From positions 6,438-70,437 of IMG/VR virus record IMGVR_UViG_3300046734_000671: 64,000 nucleotides of DNA. One strand, 5' to 3'. This DNA comes from a virus. The notes below the pieces were generated by a model that worked only from the letters and a program-made list of their open reading frames with translations, ran no database searches and had not been told where the DNA came from. Positions 55,988 to 64,000 of this stretch are shown here, one piece after another. Numbering within the stretch: position 1 is the first letter of the stretch; the number at the start of each line of letters is the position of its first letter. Made by a program: the position numbers and the translations under genes.

Positions 55988-57625
55988 TTATACTCCGAAA
56001 TACTCAAGTTGAACTTCGTTTGCAACGTTAAAGTCTGTTGTATATGCTGCAAAGTTAGTTTCAAGAGAAATAACATCCTCTACTGAGTGAGTTGGTACGT
56101 CAATGTGACACTTGGGAATTAAAACGTTAAGTCGAGGAGTATTGACAACTGCACCACCAATTTGGAAAGTTACATTAAAGTCGTTTACAACTTTATCCAA
56201 GCCTCCCCCTGAGGTAGTCATATCATTAAATAGTTCTACTGAAGTACCGTTATTGCCGGTCGCAGTATCAAGAGTCAAGTAACAAGTAAAGTTTCCATTT
56301 ACTGTTCGTCCACCTGTTACGTGCTCAATTGGAACGTTTACAGAACCAAGTTCTTCTGGCACCAGATAAGAAATATTGTTTGAAATAGTAATATTTCCAC
56401 CTGTCAATGTCAGGTTATAGGAGCCCGAGGGGAATGCACTAGTATCACTACTATTGTCAGATACGAGAAGCTGAGTCAAACGATTTCGAATAAAGGTATT
56501 TGTATTATTTACTGCATCATCCTTTGCAAAGTCTGCCGCACTTACACTTGCTGCGACGGTGGCGATACCCATTTTAAATCCATCTGAGTTATCAAGCATA
56601 ATGTTACCATCTGCTAGAGCTGACTGTGCAGGACTTTGAGTTGCAAGAGTTCCGGTTTTATTAGTTGTAACTCTTACACTACCAGCTGACTGCAAGTCTT
56701 TGACCTGCTTAGCAAAACCAGACCAGTTGATTGTAGCAATACCGTCTACTTCAAAATCAATAGAAGCTTCGTTAAATGCAGCAGCCTCTAGCTTATAGAC
56801 CATAGGGTTAGTAGAACTTGTTTCCATTACAAAGTAAAGGTTACAGACTCCGAGTACCGCTCGGTTAGATTGTGCAAAGTTAATTGATTGCTTTGAAGTG
56901 CTTGGAGTTGCAACAGCGGGGCCAAAAGGCGAGTTCTTATCTGCGTCTGTGCCACGATAGAAGTTTGCACCTTGCTTTTCCAAATCAGAAGCTCCACTTC
57001 CGATTGTTAAAGTTACATTACCTCCACCACCAACGGCAGCACTTGGAACAATAATTGTTTTTCCGCCTGTAAATCCAGCACCTGCGGACACTACTGTAGC
57101 TGAAGTAATTGCTCCAGTAGCCATTACAATATCGACTTCCCAGCCGTCTGCATGTGCACTTGCACTTCGGCCGCTGCCACCTACATGTTCTCCGGTACCT
57201 GTGAGGCCTGCCGTTTCATTGTTAATTGTGTATGTACCCGCAGTGGCGCTACTAATACTACCACTTTCAGTAATCCCTGAAGTTTTCAAACCGCCACCAT
57301 CAGTAGAGTCTTGATACTTATCTGCACCTGCCATTACTGCCCAAAGGGCTTCTTCTACTGCATGATGCTCTTTAGGGCTTTGAGCGTCTTGGAAAGGACG
57401 TACATAAGTACTAAAAGACCACTCTGCCGGAGCAAGAGAGTCTGTAAATACTCTGTTACCTCGTCTACTCAAACCGTCTGAACCTTGCATTTCTGAAAGG
57501 GAGATTTCGGACTGGTTAGTAGACTGAGAGAAACTAAAACCGTCAAGCACAGGAACTTCCCATAGCTTACTATCGAATTCGATATACAGTTTCGAGTCTC
57601 TGCTAAAAAATAATTGTTCTGCCAT
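55988..57625 (-). CDS. Major tail tube protein (T5 pb6-like) with an internal inserted domain
   Basis: LDGFSFSQ, LAPAEWSFSTYVRP, NEASIDF.VDGIATINWSG, LTGGNITISNNISYLVPEELG. Confidence 0.88.
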   Translation of the reverse strand: MAEQLFFSRDSKLYIEFDSKLWEVPVLDGFSFSQSTNQSEISLSEMQGSDGLSRRGNRVFTDSLAPAEWSFSTYVRPFQDAQSPKEHHAVEEALWAVMAGADKYQDSTDGGGLKTSGITESGSISSATAGTYTINNETAGLTGTGEHVGGSGRSASAHADGWEVDIVMATGAITSATVVSAGAGFTGGKTIIVPSAAVGGGGNVTLTIGSGASDLEKQGANFYRGTDADKNSPFGPAVATPSTSKQSINFAQSNRAVLGVCNLYFVMETSSTNPMVYKLEAAAFNEASIDFEVDGIATINWSGFAKQVKDLQSAGSVRVTTNKTGTLATQSPAQSALADGNIMLDNSDGFKMGIATVAASVSAADFAKDDAVNNTNTFIRNRLTQLLVSDNSSDTSAFPSGSYNLTLTGGNITISNNISYLVPEELGSVNVPIEHVTGGRTVNGNFTCYLTLDTATGNNGTSVELFNDMTTSGGGLDKVVNDFNVTFQIGGAVVNTPRLNVLIPKCHIDVPTHSVEDVISLETNFAAYTTDFNVANEVQLEYFGV

Positions 57626-57685
57626 AGCATATCTCCTAGAGATTGAAAGGGCTAGGACGTGAGCCTTTGCTCGTGCCTGCCGTTT

Positions 57686-58138
57686 CTAATAGTGAACCTG
57701 AAGTTGCATTTCTCCTACACCAAAAGGTTCAAGAACACCTTCATCAGTTTCAATACTGATTACAAGAATATCTAAAGTAAATTGTTGATTTCCTTGCCTA
57801 TCTCTGTAGGCCAATCTACCATTATTTTCGACTACAGTTTCTACATCTTCGAGTAATTTATCAAGTGCTTCTACTGCGTCGGTTTCTTTTACATAACAGC
57901 GAATAGTAACAGTAAGGTATCTATCTTTATATCCTCCTCCTTGGTACTCTCGCGACTCTGACCCCGCATTTAAATGTATTGCAGGAAACGTATCTACTTC
58001 GTCCCAGAACTTAAGTCGAGGGTGCACATTATCATAAACATCTGATAAAAAAGCGCCTGTTTGATTTATCTTTTTTAGTTCTGTTACTAATGCTTCTACA
58101 ATCGCGGATCTTCTAGTAGTATAAGTTCTGGCTGTCAT
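57686..58138 (-). CDS. Tail tube terminator (T5 p142-like)
   Basis: RLKFWDEV..FPAI, ETDEGVLEP.GVGE; synteny. Confidence 0.82.
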   Translation of the reverse strand: MTARTYTTRRSAIVEALVTELKKINQTGAFLSDVYDNVHPRLKFWDEVDTFPAIHLNAGSESREYQGGGYKDRYLTVTIRCYVKETDAVEALDKLLEDVETVVENNGRLAYRDRQGNQQFTLDILVISIETDEGVLEPFGVGEMQLQVHY

Positions 58139-59565
58139 TATACCCTCCTAGTATAGAATCTTCCTAAAGCAAATTGTAGCGCTATTTCCCGTATCGACAT
58201 ATCAATAACTTTTCGGGGATCTCTATCTGGGGAACCCTGTCTGTAGCCCACTTCGAATGTTTGATAAGGATTTTTTTGATAAGTATATCCAATACTTGGA
58301 AATCCTGACGGAGTTTTTAAAATATCAGTTACTCTTGGAGAACTAGCAAATCTACCGCTTTGGCTCTCTAATCCTGGGAATCCCATATTCTTTTCTACAG
58401 TACTAGGAAGATCCCTATTTAAGGCTCCGATTAGCTGAGGTATTCTTAAGTTAGAAGGCCCGGGTTTAGCTGTAGCACCTTGCCGTTTTTTGCCTCCTCC
58501 ACTTCTTAAACCTTTGCCTACAACTACTGCTTCGCCTCTATATTTTGCGGGCTTTTTCTTTTGTCTTGGCTTAGGGTTACTTTTTCCCTGACTCTTACTA
58601 TTATTTATTTTTTCTTTTTTTATGTTTGTTTTTCTACGCTTTGAAGACCCTGCATCATGAAGCATATTAAGCATTTTCTTCTCTACAACTTCTAAAGGAG
58701 AGTCCGATGCTTTTAAATTAGCTATCTTATCGTTAGATAGCTCTATCTGTGCTAATCTTTTAAGAGCCTTTTCTAGATTACCTGCACGAGCTGCATCTGT
58801 AAATGCTTTTGATTTATTCCCTAAATCTGATTCTAAACTTACTTGTACATTTGCAATTGTATTTTTAGTTCCTGGCCCTTTTGTAACTTTTACAAATAAG
58901 TTTCCAAACTGTTCTTTCATTAGATCTTTTAGATCTTCATCTATAGTTCCAAGCCAGTCTGTATAAATTTTTTGTGCTTTTAATGCTCTTTGTGTTGCAA
59001 CTGCTGTTGCATCAGCATGGCCTACAGCTAGAAACTGCGAACGAACTTGTACATCATAAGTTTCGCCAGTTTTACGTTTTCTAGTTTGTGTCTCTTTTAA
59101 ACTTTCGCCGTATTGTTCTTTTAATACTGCATCTAAAGCATCTAGCAGATTTTTTTGAGCTCGTTGCTTTGCTCTTCTAAAATAAGCGAAAACATTTCTT
59201 GTAGTTCCTGGCTTTGACGCCAAACGAAAAGTAAAACTTTTAGAACTTCCTGTACGTTCCGAAACAAGATATGCTCGTCTGCCTCCTGTTGGAAAGTTTT
59301 TTGGGTCAAAAGCATCATAAAGATTTTTACATAGCTTAGGAACTTCTCTTTTAATTACGTTTTCAATTTCAGGGTCAAGTGCTTTCCTTGTAGGCAATTT
59401 AAGCAATAAGCGTATTTGTTTTCGAGCTTCTTTTTTTATTTCTGTTTCATATATCTTCACTCTATGCGGCATGAAATCAGAAACAATTGCTCTATATTCT
59501 TCTGAATTTTTCTTTAGACTTGTGTCTAGTTTACTCGCTAAATTTCTTAAAGCTGCTTCAGACAT
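58138..59565 (-). CDS. Tail completion protein (T5 p143-like), enlarged and very basic
   Basis: C-terminal SGRFA.S...YTYQKNPYQTFE...RDPR.VI..SIREIA; synteny. Confidence 0.7.
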   Translation of the reverse strand: MSEAALRNLASKLDTSLKKNSEEYRAIVSDFMPHRVKIYETEIKKEARKQIRLLLKLPTRKALDPEIENVIKREVPKLCKNLYDAFDPKNFPTGGRRAYLVSERTGSSKSFTFRLASKPGTTRNVFAYFRRAKQRAQKNLLDALDAVLKEQYGESLKETQTRKRKTGETYDVQVRSQFLAVGHADATAVATQRALKAQKIYTDWLGTIDEDLKDLMKEQFGNLFVKVTKGPGTKNTIANVQVSLESDLGNKSKAFTDAARAGNLEKALKRLAQIELSNDKIANLKASDSPLEVVEKKMLNMLHDAGSSKRRKTNIKKEKINNSKSQGKSNPKPRQKKKPAKYRGEAVVVGKGLRSGGGKKRQGATAKPGPSNLRIPQLIGALNRDLPSTVEKNMGFPGLESQSGRFASSPRVTDILKTPSGFPSIGYTYQKNPYQTFEVGYRQGSPDRDPRKVIDMSIREIALQFALGRFYTRRV

Positions 59566-60137
59566 TAAAAGTTTTTATACATATCCAGAACTCTTTTTAT
59601 ATGATCTGGAAACCCTCGCCCGTCGCCACTTGGAGCATTTTCCATTGTAGCCCCTTGAATTGTTCTGCGAGCTTTATGTTCATCTTTGAAATAGTAGTTA
59701 ATTAAATCAATAACTGCTATTTGTAAATCTAACGGAGTGGAAGAATACCCAGCAGTATATGTAATTTTTACTGATCCAACTCCTCGAGGCCAATTAGAAA
59801 AAGCAGTACCGTTAATAGAAACTACAGAATCTGTTGCTGTTTCTAAGTACCACTTATCAGCGGGCAAAATAGTATATGCAAAAGTTGGTTGATCTCTAGT
59901 TTCTACAGAAACAATAGTATTCACAGGGCTTTCTGTTAATTGAACAATATAACTATCCCAATTCATGCTAAAAACTTCTACTTTATTTGTAGAGTAGAAG
60001 TCTACAAAAGTGTTTGCACAATAAGTTTTTACTAATTCACTCACAGAATCAATAATGCGAGAAATCTTATAGTCATCCTTTGGGCTTTGGATGCCTTCTG
60101 CGTCTTTAAACTGCTTTAAAGTTATAAGATTTGCCAT
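59565..60137 (-). CDS. Head completion / head-tail connector (T5 p144-like)
   Basis: VKITYTAGY...PLDLQIA...FPDHIKRVLDMY. Confidence 0.85.
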   Translation of the reverse strand: MANLITLKQFKDAEGIQSPKDDYKISRIIDSVSELVKTYCANTFVDFYSTNKVEVFSMNWDSYIVQLTESPVNTIVSVETRDQPTFAYTILPADKWYLETATDSVVSINGTAFSNWPRGVGSVKITYTAGYSSTPLDLQIAVIDLINYYFKDEHKARRTIQGATMENAPSGDGRGFPDHIKRVLDMYKNF

Positions 60138-60149
60138 AAGTCAATTAGT

Positions 60150-60177
60150 AAAAACTTGGGGTGGCGAACCACCCCAG
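60150..60177 (-). terminator. Terminator after the capsid gene
   Basis: Minus strand TGGGGTGG-TTCG-CCACCCCA-AGTTTTT. Confidence 0.88.
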
Positions 60178-60193
60178 TTTAATAGCTAAGCTA

Positions 60194-62242
60194 TTAGCTG
60201 TTAGCGTATCGGCACATTGCGACAGGCAGACCGACAGTGGCGGCATCACCTGCGAAGAGCTCTTCGAAGCCAACAGATTGGCTAGCAACGATTGCTGTAC
60301 GCTGGTTACCAACTTGGTACTCGGTTTCCAGGCTTACGCCCTTCATTCGAGGAATAATGTAGTTGGGAACATTTACAAGGATTGCGCAAGGCTCAGTTGC
60401 AGGGTTCACAGTCTTATCGACTGCAAGAGCTGCATCATCAGCTACGACTACTGGAATTGCAAAGATTGAACCTACAACACCAGTTCGCTTGATAGCGAGA
60501 TCGCTGCCAACTTCCGTTACGTCTTGGAAGTTGATGTCTGAGAGCAGATCATTGTATGCAGTGTAAGAAACAACGAGCATAAGATCTGCAGGGTTCAAGC
60601 CATACTTCTTCATAGTTGAACGCATACGAAGAATGTCTTGACCAATCAGTGAGTCTGCACCAGCGCCAGATTGAGTGAGACCAGCAGTAGCAGTACCAGT
60701 AACAAGCAGTGAGTTACTGAAAGTACCAAATGCGCCAATCAAACCAGTACCGGCTTGACCTGCAGCACCTGAGTGACCAGAAATACACATCTTGTCCATA
60801 GCACGAGCGTGAGCACGAACCATGCCCTCACGAATCATAGGCAGAAGGGCAACAAGAGTTGACTCTTCGGTATCATTCGTGATGTATGACGTAGAAGTCA
60901 TACGAGCAGCAGTAATAGTCTTCTGCAGCGCATTGAAAGTAGCTGCACCTTGTGCAGTACCATTTGCGTTACCCTGAAGGGTTGCAGGAGAGTTAGTTTC
61001 GTCTGTCTCAGAACCACTACCGAAGGTAGCTGTTACAGAGTCAGGCATCAAGGGCAGTACAGTTTTAGTGCTATTTACTGCAATTTCACGGAAAGCACTA
61101 GCAACCTTCAACTCAAGAAGAAGCTCCCGCTCAAATTGAGTGGCAGTTTCAATATCAAGAAGAGGAGCAATGTTACTTGCAGAAGCAACACCTACACCAT
61201 ACTTGTTAATTACGCCCTGGGCAAAATCAGTTTCCCAACCCTTACGAGTCAAGTTACCAAGAATTTTTGCTTCAAGGATTTCGCGGCCACCTGCTGAAAG
61301 GTCACCCGGCTGAGAACGATCAGAGAACTGACGCTTGCTGTTATGCATAGCTTCGAGTTCGGTTGACTTTTCTTCCAGCTCAGTTTTGTACTTTTCAAGA
61401 ATTTCTGCGGTATTAGCTTGCTCCGCTTGGAACTCTTTACGCAGATCTTCTGCGAGCTTCTCAGTGCCTGACTCGATGCCAGTACGGATTGAGCTCTCGA
61501 CTTTTTCTTGCTGCTCTACGGCAGCCTTTTCAGCATCTGCTTGATCGGCAGCCTTTTGAGCTTCGGCGTCTGCAGTAGCTTTTGCTTCAGCTTCTACTGA
61601 GGCTTTTTCTTCGGCCTGACGAATTGCAATCTTAGCAGCAGTTTCTTCCGCTACCTTTTTAGCAAAAGCGTCTAGGTCGATTTCGGGAGTTTTTGTTTCT
61701 TCCGACATATCTGTCTCCATTAAAGAGGAATCTTCCTCGCTTTTAAAAGTTTTCTTGAAGTCTTTATAATCCTGCTCAGAATCGAATGACTTCGACAAAG
61801 AAAAAGTAGCTGCTTGATTGCAAGGTACTGTAACAACAGATACTTCAAACAACTCAGCGTCCTTAATCATTAATCCATCGGTTTCCTCAAGGTAATCGGC
61901 ATCCTTGACTTTGAAACCGACAGAAAACGCTCCAAGGACACCGTCTTTGATTAAATTAGCACAGTCAGCATGTTTACTAATTTTTGCTTCCATGTGCAAG
62001 CCGTCCGCTGTGGGAGTAACTTTTGTTGCTCGGCCAATCGGTCGGTTATAATCGTGATTAAATAGTATAATAGGGTTCTTTTCAAAATTACCAAGACCCC
62101 CTTTAGTCCATGCTTCTGAAGAAATTGAGTCTCCAGCACGATCAAACGCATTTGTGCTGGCCATTCCACGAACCATGATAGAGCCGTCTTCTTGTGGCTC
62201 GCTCTTAAAAGTAGATGTTAAGTTAAATGTTTTATTCGTCAT
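60194..62242 (-). CDS. Fused HK97-family prohead protease + scaffold (delta) domain + major capsid protein
   Basis: N-terminal GMAST...DRAGD...NPIILFNH..PIGR...FSVGF...ELFEVSVV.VPCNQ.ATF, then a coiled-coil delta domain and an HK97-fold region, with no stop between them. Confidence 0.88.
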   Translation of the reverse strand: MTNKTFNLTSTFKSEPQEDGSIMVRGMASTNAFDRAGDSISSEAWTKGGLGNFEKNPIILFNHDYNRPIGRATKVTPTADGLHMEAKISKHADCANLIKDGVLGAFSVGFKVKDADYLEETDGLMIKDAELFEVSVVTVPCNQAATFSLSKSFDSEQDYKDFKKTFKSEEDSSLMETDMSEETKTPEIDLDAFAKKVAEETAAKIAIRQAEEKASVEAEAKATADAEAQKAADQADAEKAAVEQQEKVESSIRTGIESGTEKLAEDLRKEFQAEQANTAEILEKYKTELEEKSTELEAMHNSKRQFSDRSQPGDLSAGGREILEAKILGNLTRKGWETDFAQGVINKYGVGVASASNIAPLLDIETATQFERELLLELKVASAFREIAVNSTKTVLPLMPDSVTATFGSGSETDETNSPATLQGNANGTAQGAATFNALQKTITAARMTSTSYITNDTEESTLVALLPMIREGMVRAHARAMDKMCISGHSGAAGQAGTGLIGAFGTFSNSLLVTGTATAGLTQSGAGADSLIGQDILRMRSTMKKYGLNPADLMLVVSYTAYNDLLSDINFQDVTEVGSDLAIKRTGVVGSIFAIPVVVADDAALAVDKTVNPATEPCAILVNVPNYIIPRMKGVSLETEYQVGNQRTAIVASQSVGFEELFAGDAATVGLPVAMCRYANS

Positions 62243-62522
62243 TCTTCTTTACCTTTGCCTTTGGGGCGGGCTTAGGCTTTGGGGCAACCTTTGGTGCAGG
62301 TTTAGCAGCAGATTCAAGATCCACAAAAATTGTGGGATCTACTCTCCTAACCCAATCTAAAGCCATATCGTAACTTTTAAACCATTTCATTAAATAAGTT
62401 ATTGCAATAGGAGCATCAGCTGCACTAAGATACTCTTGAAGAGTAAGCGCTTTGCCTTTAGTTCTAAAGTAAGCAGCGAGCTGACGAGCTCCTAAAACTG
62501 CATGATTCTTTCGTACTCCCAT
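62232..62522 (-). CDS. Small hypothetical protein with a Lys/Pro/Ala-rich tail
   Basis: Between portal and protease; GGAG RBS; AAKPAPKVAPKPKPAPKAKVKK. Confidence 0.7.
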   Translation of the reverse strand: MGVRKNHAVLGARQLAAYFRTKGKALTLQEYLSAADAPIAITYLMKWFKSYDMALDWVRRVDPTIFVDLESAAKPAPKVAPKPKPAPKAKVKKNDE

Positions 62523-62523
62523 A

Positions 62524-63711
62524 TTAGTCTCCTTCTGATTCTGGGGGCCTTCCGCCTTCGTCGGGATTTACTGCGCTACCTGCTATGTTTTGGGGGACTC
62601 GAATCTCGTCTTGTCCTTCTATTATTTCATAGCCTAATTTATCCCGGGCTTCGTTAATTGTTATGATTCCTCCATTTACTAATGCGGTATAGTAAGCTGC
62701 GGCATCTCTCAGTTCGGGCTGCAGTGCAGGAATATCAGTTACATTTTCTGTAATATTAAATCCAAAGTATCGTGACAGTGCAAAATTAAGTTTTCGTACA
62801 ATAGGTAAGATTGTTTCAAGATAGTACAATCTCATGTTTGGACGAAGATTTGCATTATTTCCAGAATCAAGAAGTATTGGAGGCACTCCTAGCGATTTTA
62901 AAATTACTTTCTCATGTTCTAAAATTGCGTTCTGAAAATCTAATTCTTTAAAATTAGTAGTAGAGTAACTATCTATTTCTAATCCACCATCAAGAATTAA
63001 AGGCCGTCTGCCTCCGGAGTCTGGACGATAGCGCAGAGTCCAAGATTGAATCATACGCTCTTTAATTTTTTCTGATAAAGTATTTGGAGATTTTAGTACC
63101 AATCCAGGAACTGCACCATTCCTAAAAAAGTTATCTTGAAAGTCCCTCATATCTCTTACAAGCTGCATAGTTCTCGTCGCGGGCTTAAGTCTAGAAACTC
63201 CTCTATAGATTGAGTGAAAAGAGTTTTCTTTAATATGAATTATTTCGCTTACTTTATAATCAATATCTTGTAGAGTATATTTTTCTACAAAAGTGGAAGG
63301 GTCTGCTTGTACACGTACTTTATCAGCCGGTAGATGGTAAAGGTGAGCACCATCAAAATAAATAAAAATATTTCCGTCAAGAAGATAATCAGTAATTAAG
63401 TTTCTTTTAAAACTGCTAATATCTTGAAAAGGGTTGGGAGTTCGATTTAGTAGTTCTTCTACCTTTCCTCGTTTTACTCCAGTTACGACACCCCTATAGG
63501 CGCCTTGAGTACTAATTGTTGCAGGAATCTCTGCCGTGTCATCAACAATCATATTGACGCCACGATTTACTACTTCGAGCTGCTCGTAAAAGCGCTCATA
63601 TTGAGTAGTAAACTCACGAGAACTTTCTGACTTACCCGTGTCTAGTATTTGACCAGGATTAAGTTTTTCCTCTAGGTTCTCGGGCTGTTTCCAAAAATTA
63701 TACCATGCCAT
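62524..63711 (-). CDS. Portal protein (HK97/T5 pb7-like)
   Basis: PNPFQ, LLDGN.FI, IIHIKENS, FF.NGAVPG, LGVPP, GGIITINEAR. Confidence 0.93.
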   Translation of the reverse strand: MAWYNFWKQPENLEEKLNPGQILDTGKSESSREFTTQYERFYEQLEVVNRGVNMIVDDTAEIPATISTQGAYRGVVTGVKRGKVEELLNRTPNPFQDISSFKRNLITDYLLDGNIFIYFDGAHLYHLPADKVRVQADPSTFVEKYTLQDIDYKVSEIIHIKENSFHSIYRGVSRLKPATRTMQLVRDMRDFQDNFFRNGAVPGLVLKSPNTLSEKIKERMIQSWTLRYRPDSGGRRPLILDGGLEIDSYSTTNFKELDFQNAILEHEKVILKSLGVPPILLDSGNNANLRPNMRLYYLETILPIVRKLNFALSRYFGFNITENVTDIPALQPELRDAAAYYTALVNGGIITINEARDKLGYEIIEGQDEIRVPQNIAGSAVNPDEGGRPPESEGD

Positions 63712-64000
63712 GCTTTTCTCTTTGAATATCTACCCAGCGCATTTGTTTTGTCGCTGTACCAAGTCCTGGATTTCGTCCGTAAATTTTATGCAACTCTCTA
63801 TGGTGTGCATGACATATAGTGACGGTGTGATCGTATAGCTCTGCCCAGTTATCCTCTATAAATTCATCTCTCCAAATAACTATATACTCATTCGTATAGT
63901 GCTCTGGCCTTTCTTGTGTTTTCTTCTTTAGCCATAAACGTAGAAGAGGGGCAAGAGAGTAAAAGTGGTGGAAGTCTAATTCTTTTTCTGTTCCACAGAT
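63698..64000 (-). CDS. HNH nicking endonuclease (T5 Sci-type), partial; missing from the supplied ORF track
   Basis: My translation: ICGTEKELDFHHFYSL...RDEFIE...ELYDHTVTICHAHHRELHKIYGRNP...QMRWV; directly upstream of portal as in T5. Confidence 0.8.
   Translation of the reverse strand: MCGTEKELDFHHFYSLAPLLRLWLKKKTQERPEHYTNEYIVIWRDEFIEDNWAELYDHTVTICHAHHRELHKIYGRNPGLGTATKQMRWVDIQREKHGMV

Noticed and set aside
55846-56076. 76-aa ORF as a possible p140 remnant
   Set aside because: It runs across the tube gene end, terminator and promoter; no RBS or similarity.
1-64000. tRNA genes, alternative genetic code, prophage signatures
   Set aside because: Intergenic gaps are short and explained by promoters and terminators; genes are intact under code 11; no integrase or host genes.

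Overview
This window is 64 kb of a lytic T5-like (Demerecviridae-like) siphophage genome, probably aquatic or marine; that habitat is inferred from gene content only. The + strand (1-16.7 kb) carries a T5-syntenic replication and recombination block: ligase B C-terminus, D5, D6 helicase, primase, family A polymerase, D10, D11, D12/D13, D14 and D15, then class Ia nrdAB and two paralogous coiled-coil genes. The - strand (64-16.7 kb) carries the morphogenesis arm: HNH nicking endonuclease (partial), portal, a fused prohead protease-major capsid ORF, head and tail completion proteins, tail tube, a frameshifted tail chaperone pair and tape measure protein. A lambda-type gpM/L/K/I/J tail tip replaces the T5 pb9/pb3/pb4 tip. 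The most striking element is a 22.8-kb, 12-gene lateral-fibre operon with its own promoter. Its eight distal proteins are built by mixing and matching about 10 shared modules, including a T4 gp10-like branching domain, LamG tips and Gly-rich tips, which suggests a branched, combinatorial adhesin apparatus. No tRNA, CRISPR array, integrase, intein or reverse transcriptase was seen. All product calls come from motif recognition and synteny, not from database searches.
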